In this document: positions 18,125 to 26,596 of the stretch, piece after piece
Layout of the letters: each line of letters starts with the position of its first letter
Position numbering within the stretch: position 1 is the first letter of the stretch
Assembly (NCBI GenBank): GCA_038998625.1
Contig: JAWADS010000002.1
Span: forward strand, 1 to 53,841
Length of the DNA stretch: 53,841 nucleotides
Direction: 5' to 3'
DNA from: Candidatus Aenigmatarchaeota archaeon
GTDB taxonomy: Archaea > Aenigmatarchaeota > Aenigmatarchaeia > CG10238-14 > SCSR01
Program-made: the position numbers and the translations under genes
The notes under the pieces: generated by a model
Told to the model about the DNA's origin: nothing
Database searches by the model: none
What the model saw: the letters and a program-made list of their open reading frames with translations, nothing else

Positions 18125-20490
18125 TAACTAAAGTCGTATTAAAAAATTGGCGCTCCCATCTTAATACAATCCTTGATTTTTCCTCCGGAACCAATGCTTT
18201 AGTAGGAATAATGGGTAGTGGCAAGACTTCAGTGCTAGATGCTATATGCTTTGCCCTTTTTGGAACCTTTCCAACTCTTCAATCAAGAAAGGTAAAATTA
18301 GATGATATTATAATGAAAAAACCGGTAATGCAAGATAAAGCTGAAGTTGAATTATTCTTCAGCTTAAATAATTCTAATTATGTAGTAAAAAGAGTTGTAG
18401 AAAGAGGGAAGGGCACAATCCATGCTGAAATTGCTCAAGATGGAAAGATTATTGAATCAGATAGTTCTATAAGAGTGACTGAAGTTATTGAAAAAATATT
18501 GAAGACAAATTATGACCTCTTCAGCAAAGCCATATATTCTGAGCAAAACGCTTTAGATTATTTTTTAACTATAGCTAAAGGTCAAAGGATGAAAAAGATT
18601 GACGAACTTTTAATGTTGGATAAATTTGATAAGGTTAGGACCAATTTGGTTAGCTTAATAAATAAATTAAGTGAAAAAAGAAAAGTAAAAATGGAATTAA
18701 TTAGTAAGATTGATATTGAGACCCTTAAAATTAACATAGAAAAATTAAAGAACGAGATAGAAAAGTTAAAAATAGAAAAAGAAGAACTTCAAAAAAATCT
18801 AGTGCAAATAATTTCTGAAAGAGAGAAATTAGAGAAAGAAATAGAGGAAATAAAAAATGTAAGAGAAAGTTTAGAAAGTTTGAATAGGGAAGAAAGGGCC
18901 TTAGAGTTAAGTATTCAAGAGCTTCAAAAAAATCTAGCTTCTTTAGAAATTAAGGAAAAGAAAATTGATAAAAAGTCGCTTCAAGAAGACTTTGAAAAAA
19001 TAATAAAAAAGTTGAAAGAATTGGAAGAAGTTCTGACAGAAAGAAAGAAAAGTTATTTGAAAATCCAAGAAGAATTGGTTAATTCAAAAGTAGAAATAGA
19101 AATGATGAAAAGCGAAAAAATAAAAAAATTAGAAGAAGAGTTTGAAGAAAAGAGTAGAATAAAATTAGAGTTGGAGAAATATACGGAGATTATAGGAAAA
19201 GGAATAAATAAATCTTTGGAAGAAAAAAAGCAATTGTTAGAAAAAATAAATGAGGAATTTCATCAAATCAAAGCAAAGATTTTAACAGAACAAGATTCTT
19301 TAATTAAAATTGACAAGGCTAGTGGAAAGTGTCCTATTTGTGAATCAAAGCTAACTGAGAAAAAGAAAATTTCCCTTATTAAACAAAAGAAAGATAGAAT
19401 AGAAATTTTAACGAAAGAGTTAAAGGAATTGGAAAAAGTTAAGATGTTGAATGAAGAAGAAGTTCAAAAGCTAGAAGAGGACGCCTTAAGATTGAACAAA
19501 ATGCTCGAAGAAGTGGAAGATTACAATCAGATTAAAGAGGAATTAGAGGAAGCGCGAAAAATTTTGATGGTAAAAACTGAAATAGCTTCGAAATTAGAGA
19601 AAGAATTTAATAAGTTGGAAAAAGAACTTGAAGATTTGCAAAAAGAATATAAAGAATATACTGAAGAAAAAATAAAAATCGAAAAAGATTTATCGAAAAT
19701 TAATCTTTATGAGGATTCAGTAAAAAGAATACAAGAACTTTCTAACTTAAGGGATGAAATTTCAAAGCATGTCAGCGAATTAGAAAAGACAATAAAAGAA
19801 AAGCAATTAGATGAAAAAGAAAATTGGTTAAGAAATTTAGTGGGAAAGGAAAAATCTATTGAAACTAAGATTTTAGCCTTAGATCAAATAATTAATGAAA
19901 AGAAATTAAGATTAAATGAATTTGAGGTTGAGTTTGATAAAATCCTTAAAGAAAAGATTGATATCACAAAACTTGAAAATTTAGAAAGGAATCTTAAAAT
20001 TTTTCAATTTGCTTTAGAAAAAACTCAAGATACTTTGAGAAGGGAGTTTGTAATTTCAGTTAATTTTTACATGAATAAGCTTTGGTCTGAGTTGTATCCC
20101 TATCAAGATTATGTTGGAATTAGGTTGGCTGTAGAGGAAGGAGATTATGTGTTACAGTTACAAGAACGAGCTGCCCATTGGGTTAATGTAGACGGAATAG
20201 CAAGTGGTGGTGAAAGAAGCATTGCAGCTTTAACATTGAGAATAGCTTTTGCTTTAGTTTTGGCTCCCCATTTGCGATGGCTCGTTTTAGATGAGCCTAC
20301 CCATAACTTGGATGCACAAGCTGTGAGTGTGCTCGCCACAACTTTGAGGGATAGAATAGGTGAATATATTGATCAAGTTTTCTTAATTACCCATGATGAA
20401 AGATTGGAAGAAGCAGTTACCGGAAATCTATATATTTTTAAGAGAGAAAAAGAAAAAGATGGCTTCACACAAGTTATAAAAATCTCTTAA
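18121..20490 (+). CDS. rad50: Rad50 ATPase
   Basis: Walker A GIMGSGKTSVLDAICFALFG, long coiled coil, zinc hook CPIC, signature SGGERSIAALTLRIAF, Walker B LVLDEPTHNLD. ATG 18121 overlaps the mre11 stop (ATGA). Confidence 0.92.
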   Translation: MITKVVLKNWRSHLNTILDFSSGTNALVGIMGSGKTSVLDAICFALFGTFPTLQSRKVKLDDIIMKKPVMQDKAEVELFFSLNNSNYVVKRVVERGKGTIHAEIAQDGKIIESDSSIRVTEVIEKILKTNYDLFSKAIYSEQNALDYFLTIAKGQRMKKIDELLMLDKFDKVRTNLVSLINKLSEKRKVKMELISKIDIETLKINIEKLKNEIEKLKIEKEELQKNLVQIISEREKLEKEIEEIKNVRESLESLNREERALELSIQELQKNLASLEIKEKKIDKKSLQEDFEKIIKKLKELEEVLTERKKSYLKIQEELVNSKVEIEMMKSEKIKKLEEEFEEKSRIKLELEKYTEIIGKGINKSLEEKKQLLEKINEEFHQIKAKILTEQDSLIKIDKASGKCPICESKLTEKKKISLIKQKKDRIEILTKELKELEKVKMLNEEEVQKLEEDALRLNKMLEEVEDYNQIKEELEEARKILMVKTEIASKLEKEFNKLEKELEDLQKEYKEYTEEKIKIEKDLSKINLYEDSVKRIQELSNLRDEISKHVSELEKTIKEKQLDEKENWLRNLVGKEKSIETKILALDQIINEKKLRLNEFEVEFDKILKEKIDITKLENLERNLKIFQFALEKTQDTLRREFVISVNFYMNKLWSELYPYQDYVGIRLAVEEGDYVLQLQERAAHWVNVDGIASGGERSIAALTLRIAFALVLAPHLRWLVLDEPTHNLDAQAVSVLATTLRDRIGEYIDQVFLITHDERLEEAVTGNLYIFKREKEKDGFTQVIKIS

Positions 20491-20516
20491 TATTTCAAAT
20501 TTTACAATTACCCATT

Positions 20517-21281
20517 ATGAGCATTGAATTTTTAACAAATTATCCAGCCCTTTACATTAGCGATATAAAATCAATTGTGATTTCTGATTTACATATAGGT
20601 TTGGAACACGAGCTCTATAGCAAAGGAATAATTATACCTCCTCAAGCAGACAAGTTCCAAAAAATTTTAGAAAAATTGGGTAAACAAACTATGGCAGAAA
20701 GTTTAATAATTATCGGTGATTTGAAATATGAAGTTCCTGGCATAAGCCATAGAGAAATGAAAGAAATTCCAAAATTTCTAGAAAAATTAAAAGAAAAATT
20801 TAAAATAATTATCGCGAAAGGCAATCATGATACTGGACTAGAAGAGATTGTGCCGATTGGAATTAAAATTTATTCTGCCCGAGGATTTAAAGTTAAAAAT
20901 TATGGCTTTTTCCATGGTCATGCATGGCCGTCTAAAAAATTAATTCAATCTGATTATCTTTTTATGGGCCACATTCAGCCTGCTATTGAAGTTAAAGATA
21001 AGTTTGGCCATCGTTCTGTTCATCCTGTTTGGTTAATTGCTAAGTTAAACAAAGAAAAAATTAAAAAGAAATATCAAGCTAAAAAGGTAGGTAAGCTAGT
21101 ACTTATAATTTTGCCTTCTTTCAACCATCTCTCAGGCTATTACATTTTAAATAAAAATGAAAAACAAAAGCTTATCGGGCCATTTTTTTCCAATGAGATG
21201 GTTAATTTGGAAGAAAGTAAAGTTTATTTTTTAGATGGAACTTATCTTGGCAAATTGAAGAATTTAAAAAATAAAAATTAA
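20517..21281 (+). CDS. Metallophosphoesterase, COG1407/PdeM-like
   Basis: ISDLHIGLEHEL, IIIGDLK, AKGNHD, FFHGHAWP, MGHIQP. The family name is from memory. Confidence 0.65.
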   Translation: MSIEFLTNYPALYISDIKSIVISDLHIGLEHELYSKGIIIPPQADKFQKILEKLGKQTMAESLIIIGDLKYEVPGISHREMKEIPKFLEKLKEKFKIIIAKGNHDTGLEEIVPIGIKIYSARGFKVKNYGFFHGHAWPSKKLIQSDYLFMGHIQPAIEVKDKFGHRSVHPVWLIAKLNKEKIKKKYQAKKVGKLVLIILPSFNHLSGYYILNKNEKQKLIGPFFSNEMVNLEESKVYFLDGTYLGKLKNLKNKN

Positions 21282-23005
21282 AAACCATAAAATTCTTGTA
21301 AAACTTCTTTTTCCCCTTCCATTAAATGCTCAAAAACTTCTTTTAACATTTTTAAATCATTTTCTGATAGAGCAGAAATTAGTTCTTCCCCCTCTTTTAT
21401 TTGTCTACCAATGATAGGCTCTTCCATGCTTATAGCAACTTTATCTCCTTGCCTGGCTTCTTGAATGTTCCGACCTTCTTTCTGTATTTCTTTAATTACA
21501 CCAACAATTTTTCCTTTTAAATTTTTAAAAGGCGTGCCTGGTTTCAATAAACCTTTCTTTATTTCTATTCCAAAAATAGCGGGATGGGATTGCCTAAAAA
21601 CAAAGCCAGGCAAAACTTTTATTAAGCAAGGTCTGAATATGGAAGTCAACTTTTCTTCTATCTCCCTTTTTGTTTTTTCCTCAACCCATTTTTCATAATC
21701 TTCAAGTAGGCGATAGATAACATTGTTTTTAAAGATTTTTACATCAAAATCTTTAGCCATTTTTTCCATATCATCAGTAACTTTAATGTTAAAAGCAAGG
21801 GCTACTCTTAGCAGGTCGTTTTTTAAACTTCCTAATTCAACTAAATCCTGCCTGTTGATGGTACCTACTTCAGCTTTTCTAACAGGAATATTCTTTTCCC
21901 TCAAAATTTTTATTAAAGCTTCTAAACTCCCTAGGGAATCGGCCTTTAATATTACGCCTTCAATATTTTTTTCAAACTCAATCTCTTCAATTTCTTTTTG
22001 CAATAATTTTTTTGCCTCTTCAATTTCTTTTTCATTTTTTACAGCCATTAATGGCGAGCCTGGAATTACTTTTTCTAAATTAGGGGCTGCAATTTTAATT
22101 CCATCTGCAGCATGCACCTCTTCCACACTTTCAAACTGTTTCCCTATTCTTAATTCTTGCAAAGGTTTTGGCCTTAGTAGACTTTTCACTTTAGTTACCA
22201 ATATTTCTCTACCACCAATTATCAAAATATCGCCTTTTTTTATAGAGCCATCATATAAAACAACATCTATTGTAGTTCCCAAACCTTTCGTTTCCTTTAC
22301 TTCCAATACCGTTCCCTTTGCTTTCTCTGATAATTCTAATCTATCCCTTAGAAAATGTTGAGATAATCCTACTAACACCATAAGCAATTCAGGTATTCCC
22401 TCACCTGTTATTCCTGAGCAAGGTACAATAGCTACTTCCTTTTTAAAATCCTTTACCCTATCAAATCTTTCAGCTTCAAATCCTCTTTCAGAAAATTGCG
22501 CAACTAAATTGTAAACCTTCTTTTCTAATTCTTCTGTAACATCCTCCCTTTGCTTTTTTATATTTTCTAAAAAATTTCCTTTTTGTGGAAGCCATCCAAC
22601 TATTTTATCAACTTTTGTAGCAGCAACAACAAAGGGTGTTTTATATTCTTTTAAAATTGTTAAACTTTCCTCAGTTTGTTCTTGAAACCCCTCCATCAAA
22701 TCAATAACTAATATTGCTAAATCTGCTACTGCACCTCCTCGCTTCCTTAAAGTTATAAAGGCAGCATGTCCAGGAGTATCTAAAAAAAGCAAGCCCGGAA
22801 TTTTTAGTTCTACATTGAATTGTCTTAACAATTCTCCACAAATTTCTTTAATTGTTTTTTCCGGTATGTAACTAGCTCCTACATGTTGTGTAATGAGACC
22901 AGCTTCAGATTTAGCTACAGCTGTGCCTCTAATTCTATCAAGCAAAGTTGTTTTCCCATGATCTATATGGCCAACAGTTACAATTATAGGTGATCTAATA
23001 ACCAT
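21278..23005 (-). CDS. infB: Translation initiation factor aIF5B (IF2-like GTPase)
   Basis: GHIDHGKTTLLD (G1), FLDTPGH (G3), ATKVDK (G4). Track start is GTG 23017; ATG 23005 preferred. Confidence 0.92.
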   Translation of the reverse strand: MVIRSPIIVTVGHIDHGKTTLLDRIRGTAVAKSEAGLITQHVGASYIPEKTIKEICGELLRQFNVELKIPGLLFLDTPGHAAFITLRKRGGAVADLAILVIDLMEGFQEQTEESLTILKEYKTPFVVAATKVDKIVGWLPQKGNFLENIKKQREDVTEELEKKVYNLVAQFSERGFEAERFDRVKDFKKEVAIVPCSGITGEGIPELLMVLVGLSQHFLRDRLELSEKAKGTVLEVKETKGLGTTIDVVLYDGSIKKGDILIIGGREILVTKVKSLLRPKPLQELRIGKQFESVEEVHAADGIKIAAPNLEKVIPGSPLMAVKNEKEIEEAKKLLQKEIEEIEFEKNIEGVILKADSLGSLEALIKILREKNIPVRKAEVGTINRQDLVELGSLKNDLLRVALAFNIKVTDDMEKMAKDFDVKIFKNNVIYRLLEDYEKWVEEKTKREIEEKLTSIFRPCLIKVLPGFVFRQSHPAIFGIEIKKGLLKPGTPFKNLKGKIVGVIKEIQKEGRNIQEARQGDKVAISMEEPIIGRQIKEGEELISALSENDLKMLKEVFEHLMEGEKEVLQEFYGF

Positions 23006-23062
23006 TTCAATCCCCACAATCTTAATCTATTTTAAGTTATTAAAATTAATTAGTGAGAAAGA

Positions 23063-23497
23063 ATGCCTTTAACAATCCATGACTTAACTCCTATTGGTTT
23101 ATGTATTGCTACGCAAGAGTTATTTGATATAAAAAGATTTCGCGAGCTATTTGCTGATTTTTTAATTTATCGTGTTAAGGATAAAGATTTAGAAAAATTT
23201 ATTTTACCATTAAAAAGGGAACTAAACTCCAATCTTAATCAAAAAAAGTTTTTAGAGGGTCATAAGGCAGTTATAATAAATAACATTGACAAAATCCTCA
23301 ATCTAGTTTATGTAAAATATTCAAACATAGATATGCGGGCTGTAGAAGGCATAATTGTAGAAGGAAAGGAAATTATAAAGAAAGTTTTGCTTGCAGAGAG
23401 TTTTGAAAGTTTAGCAAAATTGGAAACTGTTTTCAAAAACAAAATAACATTGCCAGTATATTCATTATTTTCGCGTTATGAAAAACAAAGGTCATGA
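23063..23497 (+). CDS. Hypothetical protein, 144 aa, no family recognised
   Basis: Intact ORF diverging from infB; predicted alpha-helical by eye. Confidence 0.5.
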   Translation: MPLTIHDLTPIGLCIATQELFDIKRFRELFADFLIYRVKDKDLEKFILPLKRELNSNLNQKKFLEGHKAVIINNIDKILNLVYVKYSNIDMRAVEGIIVEGKEIIKKVLLAESFESLAKLETVFKNKITLPVYSLFSRYEKQRS

Positions 23498-23679
23498 TTT
23501 TTATGCTACAAAAAGATGTGGAAGAAGAAATAGAAAAGTTAAAATCTAAAAAAATGGAATTGGTGAATAAAATTAATTTAACTCTAGACTTTGAAGAAAG
23601 AGATAACTTAGAGAAGGAGGTCGAAAAGATTGAAGAACAAATACAACTTTTAGAAAAAATGAAAACTAGTAAAGTTTAA
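23494..23679 (+). CDS. Hypothetical small coiled-coil protein, 61 aa
   Basis: ATGA start/stop overlap with the preceding ORF. E/K-rich heptad-like sequence. Confidence 0.4.
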   Translation: MIFMLQKDVEEEIEKLKSKKMELVNKINLTLDFEERDNLEKEVEKIEEQIQLLEKMKTSKV

Positions 23680-23742
23680 TTTTAGGTATAGTGGAGGCAG
23701 TTTGATATATTTTAAAATTCTTTTAACATTTTCTTTCTATTT

Positions 23743-23844
23743 TTACCATCTTAATATATTTCTAATATAAATTCCAATGAAAACTATTATAACAATCATC
23801 GCAGCCAGAATAAACCATAATTGTGGATCGGTCCAATCAGGCAT
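23743..23844 (-). CDS. Possible 33-aa single-pass membrane peptide
   Basis: MPDWTDPQLWFILAAMIVIIVFIGIYIRNILRW. Starts 5 nt after the stop of the 810-aa surface protein gene. Below the ORF-track size cutoff. Confidence 0.25.
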   Translation of the reverse strand: MPDWTDPQLWFILAAMIVIIVFIGIYIRNILRW

Positions 23845-23848
23845 ATCA

Positions 23849-26281
23849 TTATTTATTTTGTGCTTCTTCTGTATTAAACTTAATTTCCACTTCCTTTTGG
23901 GCAGCAGGAGTTTTTGGTTTTTTCTTTAACAAATTTTTTAAATTCCACAATTTTTCTTTAATTTTTTTGATGAGGTTTGAAACTTGCTTTAATTCGACTC
24001 TTCTAAAGGCTTTATATTGAGGCGGGGCATAAGTTTTTGTTGGCCAAAAAAGATAAACTAATATACCTATTAAAGCAACACCACCTATTATTATGTAAAT
24101 CAAAAATCCTGATATGGCAGTAGAGATAGAAGTAGATATAGATACAGGAAATGCTTCTATAGGTTGTTTTTGAAGGCTTGATTTTATAGCCTCTAATAGA
24201 TTCTTTGCATCAGATAATTTTTGATAGGCACTAAAGTAATCTCCAGATTTCATATCATTTTCTATTTCAGATAATTTTTGTTGAAGTTGTGTATAGTTTT
24301 GTTCTGCCAGAGTTGTGTTTAAACCTTTTTGTTTGCTGGCATTGATTTCTTCTAATATTTTAAGGGCTTCGGTCTGATAAATTAGAAAAGTATTATTTAT
24401 GAAAGTTTTGTTTTCAATTCCTGGATTTATTCTCAAAGTAAAACTCTTTATAACTGTTTTATTTGGACTTGCTGCTTTGAAAATTCCATTGTAATCTTTA
24501 ATTTCAAACATTCCAACAGTAAAGTTAGCCAATATTGAAAAAGTCCTTCCAGGCAAGATAGTTTTATTCGTGGCATTTAAAGTATACCAAGTGGCATCTA
24601 TACCCTCGATAGTAAAATTAACGTTTTGAGTTATATCTCCTGTATTTTTGATAACAACAATAGTAGAATTGTAAGAATTTTGTTCTGTGCTTATAAAATC
24701 AATAGCAATAATAGTTAGATTAACCACAGACTCGCTTACTCTTAAAATATTTGAAACTGAGTTAGATGTGTAGTTTTGAGTTGATGTCGTATTGCAAACA
24801 TAATTGAATTCTCCTGAGGGAAAAGTTTGAACATCAGGATTGTTTACTTCTACATTATTTCTATAAAGCTTTGCTACTACATCTACAACAGGCGAACTAC
24901 AACTTACATTAGTTGGTGTATTAGGTAAAACGTTCCAATCGGGTGAAGCAATTAAGGTCAAACTAGGAGTAGCTTTTTGTATAGTAAAAATAAACATGGG
25001 GGTAGAGTTAAATGAACCATAAGAATTATTTGCATAAACTTTCCAATAAAATGTTCCTGCAGGCAAAATAATTTGAAATGAAGAGGTATTAGTACCAGAT
25101 AATCTGTACATAGTATAATTAGTTGCGCTACCTGTAAAGTTTGCTTCCAACAAACTTACATTAAAACCAGAAGGATCGTTATCATCGAACCATGTTATGT
25201 TAAAGGTTGTATAAGTTTTGGAATAGCTGCCAGGAAAGGAAGTTATGTTATTACTCCATCTAGGCGGTTGATAGAGAATGGTTAAGTTAAATGTTGCTCC
25301 TGTAGAATTATCAGTATAATTGGCATTATTGCTTGTTACGTTTGCTTTAAAGATGTAAAATCCTATACCAAGCGTTGGGGTAGGAGTATAGGAAGCAAAA
25401 TTGCCACCAGAGGCGACTTGGCTACCATTTTGATAAATAACAACATTCCCTATACTTGTGGCTGTTATATTTACAAGAGTTCCATTGAATAAAACAACGT
25501 TTTGATTGAGGTTATTGTTAATATACAAATTAACGGGATTTGGTGCTTTAGTTACATCATAAAAAAACTGAGGTGTGGAATTAATATTACCAGATGTATC
25601 ATTTGCATACCATTTATAAACATATTTTCCTGCAGCAAGATCAGAAAAGAAATAATAGTAAGTAGAGCCAGAAACATTAGAAACAGTGTAATTAGTTAAA
25701 GCGCCAGTAAAGTTATGCTCAATCAATACTTTATCTATTCCTACATTGTCTACCCAAGAAATGTTGAATTGATACAATCTGCCAGATGTATAATTAACGC
25801 CTGTTGGTGGAGATGTTTGATTGGAAGACCATGTAGGGGCATCTTGATCATTAACATTTACTTGAACATTTGTCGAATTATAATTACCATTAATATCTTG
25901 AACAGTTACATTAAAATTATAAGTTCCGATTGCATTTGGAGATTTTGCATTAAACCAAAAATATTGTGTTGTACTATTTTGTATAATTCCGGTTGGAGTT
26001 TGATTCCACCAAAAAGTTCCAGAAAATGAAACTAAAGATGAGTCAACTGTTGTGCCTGTACCCCCAACATAAGAAAATCCAGCAGGTAATGTTATGTTAA
26101 CCTGAGTGATATTAAGCGTATCAGTATTGCTTATGGTAAAGTTTAATGTGTTTGTACTTCCAGCATTTACTGTGCTGGGGCTAACGGAAGCAGTAAAGCT
26201 TGCTGCAAAAACAGGGGGAAGTGAAACAAGGAAAATTAAGAATAATATAATAAAAAATAGATTTTTGAAAGTATTCATCAC
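23849..26281 (-). CDS. Large surface (S-layer-like/adhesin) glycoprotein candidate with signal peptide and C-terminal TM anchor
   Basis: Sec-type signal ...LPPVFA/AS. About 45 N-x-S/T sequons (manual count). Two ~96-aa internal repeats (nt 25544-25831 and 24971-25258). C-terminal TM ISGFLIYIIIGGVALIGILVYLFW plus a basic tail. GGAG before the ATG. Confidence 0.75.
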   Translation of the reverse strand: MMNTFKNLFFIILFLIFLVSLPPVFAASFTASVSPSTVNAGSTNTLNFTISNTDTLNITQVNITLPAGFSYVGGTGTTVDSSLVSFSGTFWWNQTPTGIIQNSTTQYFWFNAKSPNAIGTYNFNVTVQDINGNYNSTNVQVNVNDQDAPTWSSNQTSPPTGVNYTSGRLYQFNISWVDNVGIDKVLIEHNFTGALTNYTVSNVSGSTYYYFFSDLAAGKYVYKWYANDTSGNINSTPQFFYDVTKAPNPVNLYINNNLNQNVVLFNGTLVNITATSIGNVVIYQNGSQVASGGNFASYTPTPTLGIGFYIFKANVTSNNANYTDNSTGATFNLTILYQPPRWSNNITSFPGSYSKTYTTFNITWFDDNDPSGFNVSLLEANFTGSATNYTMYRLSGTNTSSFQIILPAGTFYWKVYANNSYGSFNSTPMFIFTIQKATPSLTLIASPDWNVLPNTPTNVSCSSPVVDVVAKLYRNNVEVNNPDVQTFPSGEFNYVCNTTSTQNYTSNSVSNILRVSESVVNLTIIAIDFISTEQNSYNSTIVVIKNTGDITQNVNFTIEGIDATWYTLNATNKTILPGRTFSILANFTVGMFEIKDYNGIFKAASPNKTVIKSFTLRINPGIENKTFINNTFLIYQTEALKILEEINASKQKGLNTTLAEQNYTQLQQKLSEIENDMKSGDYFSAYQKLSDAKNLLEAIKSSLQKQPIEAFPVSISTSISTAISGFLIYIIIGGVALIGILVYLFWPTKTYAPPQYKAFRRVELKQVSNLIKKIKEKLWNLKNLLKKKPKTPAAQKEVEIKFNTEEAQNK

Positions 26282-26394
26282 ATCTCCTTAAAATTATTTA
26301 GCTTTAAAAATTAAAATTAGTTATAATCTTCAAACTGATGAAGACTGATGGGCGTCATGATTATCGATGATTAGAACCCTTAAGTTCGGAAGGG

Positions 26395-26483
26395 AGAAAA
26401 GATTTTTATTGGTTCGCTCCACTGGGCGGTCCACCTCGCGCGAGATATTAAACAAAGAATATAGGCGCGAGGTCCTTCTTTGT
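26395..26483. repeat. GC-rich structured intergenic element, copy B (inverted relative to copy A, no microsatellite insert)
   Basis: Reverse complement of 11871-11939 (1 mismatch) plus flanking similarity. Arms at 26433-26441 and 26465-26473. Confidence 0.9.
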
Positions 26484-26511
26484 AAAAAAATTTAAAAATT
26501 TTAATTTCTTT

Positions 26512-26586
26512 TGCCCTCGAGGGGATTCGAACCCCCAACCAACGGCTTAGGAAGCCGCTGCTCTATCCAGGTTGAGCTACGAGGGC
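26512..26586 (-). tRNA. tRNA-Arg (anticodon CCU), no insertions
   Basis: GCCCTCG TA GCTC AACCTGGATA GAGC A GCGGC TTCCTAA GCCGT TGGTT GGGGG TTCGAAT CCCCT CGAGGGC A. Confidence 0.9.
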
Positions 26587-26596
26587 TTGCAAATAC

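Noticed and set aside
21465-22361. Plus-strand ORFs 21465..21698 and 21723..22361
   Set aside because: Antisense shadows of aIF5B with Ser/Phe/Ile-rich composition.
23494-23507. Identical 14-mer ATGATTTTTATGCT at two overlapping gene junctions (also at 36286-36299)
   Set aside because: A short AT-rich match in an AT-rich genome. The downstream proteins are unrelated, so it is probably coincidence.
25502-26291. Plus-strand ORFs antisense to the surface-protein gene
   Set aside because: Cys/Ile-rich shadow frames; the minus-strand frame has a signal peptide, repeats and a TM anchor.
26327-26380. CTGATGA...CTGA...ATGATTA...GATGATTA motifs resembling C/D boxes or a hammerhead core
   Set aside because: The C-to-D spacing is only 3 nt, there is no terminal stem or properly spaced guide regions, and no GAAA with stem II/III for a hammerhead. 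More simply this is part of the surface-protein 5' leader.
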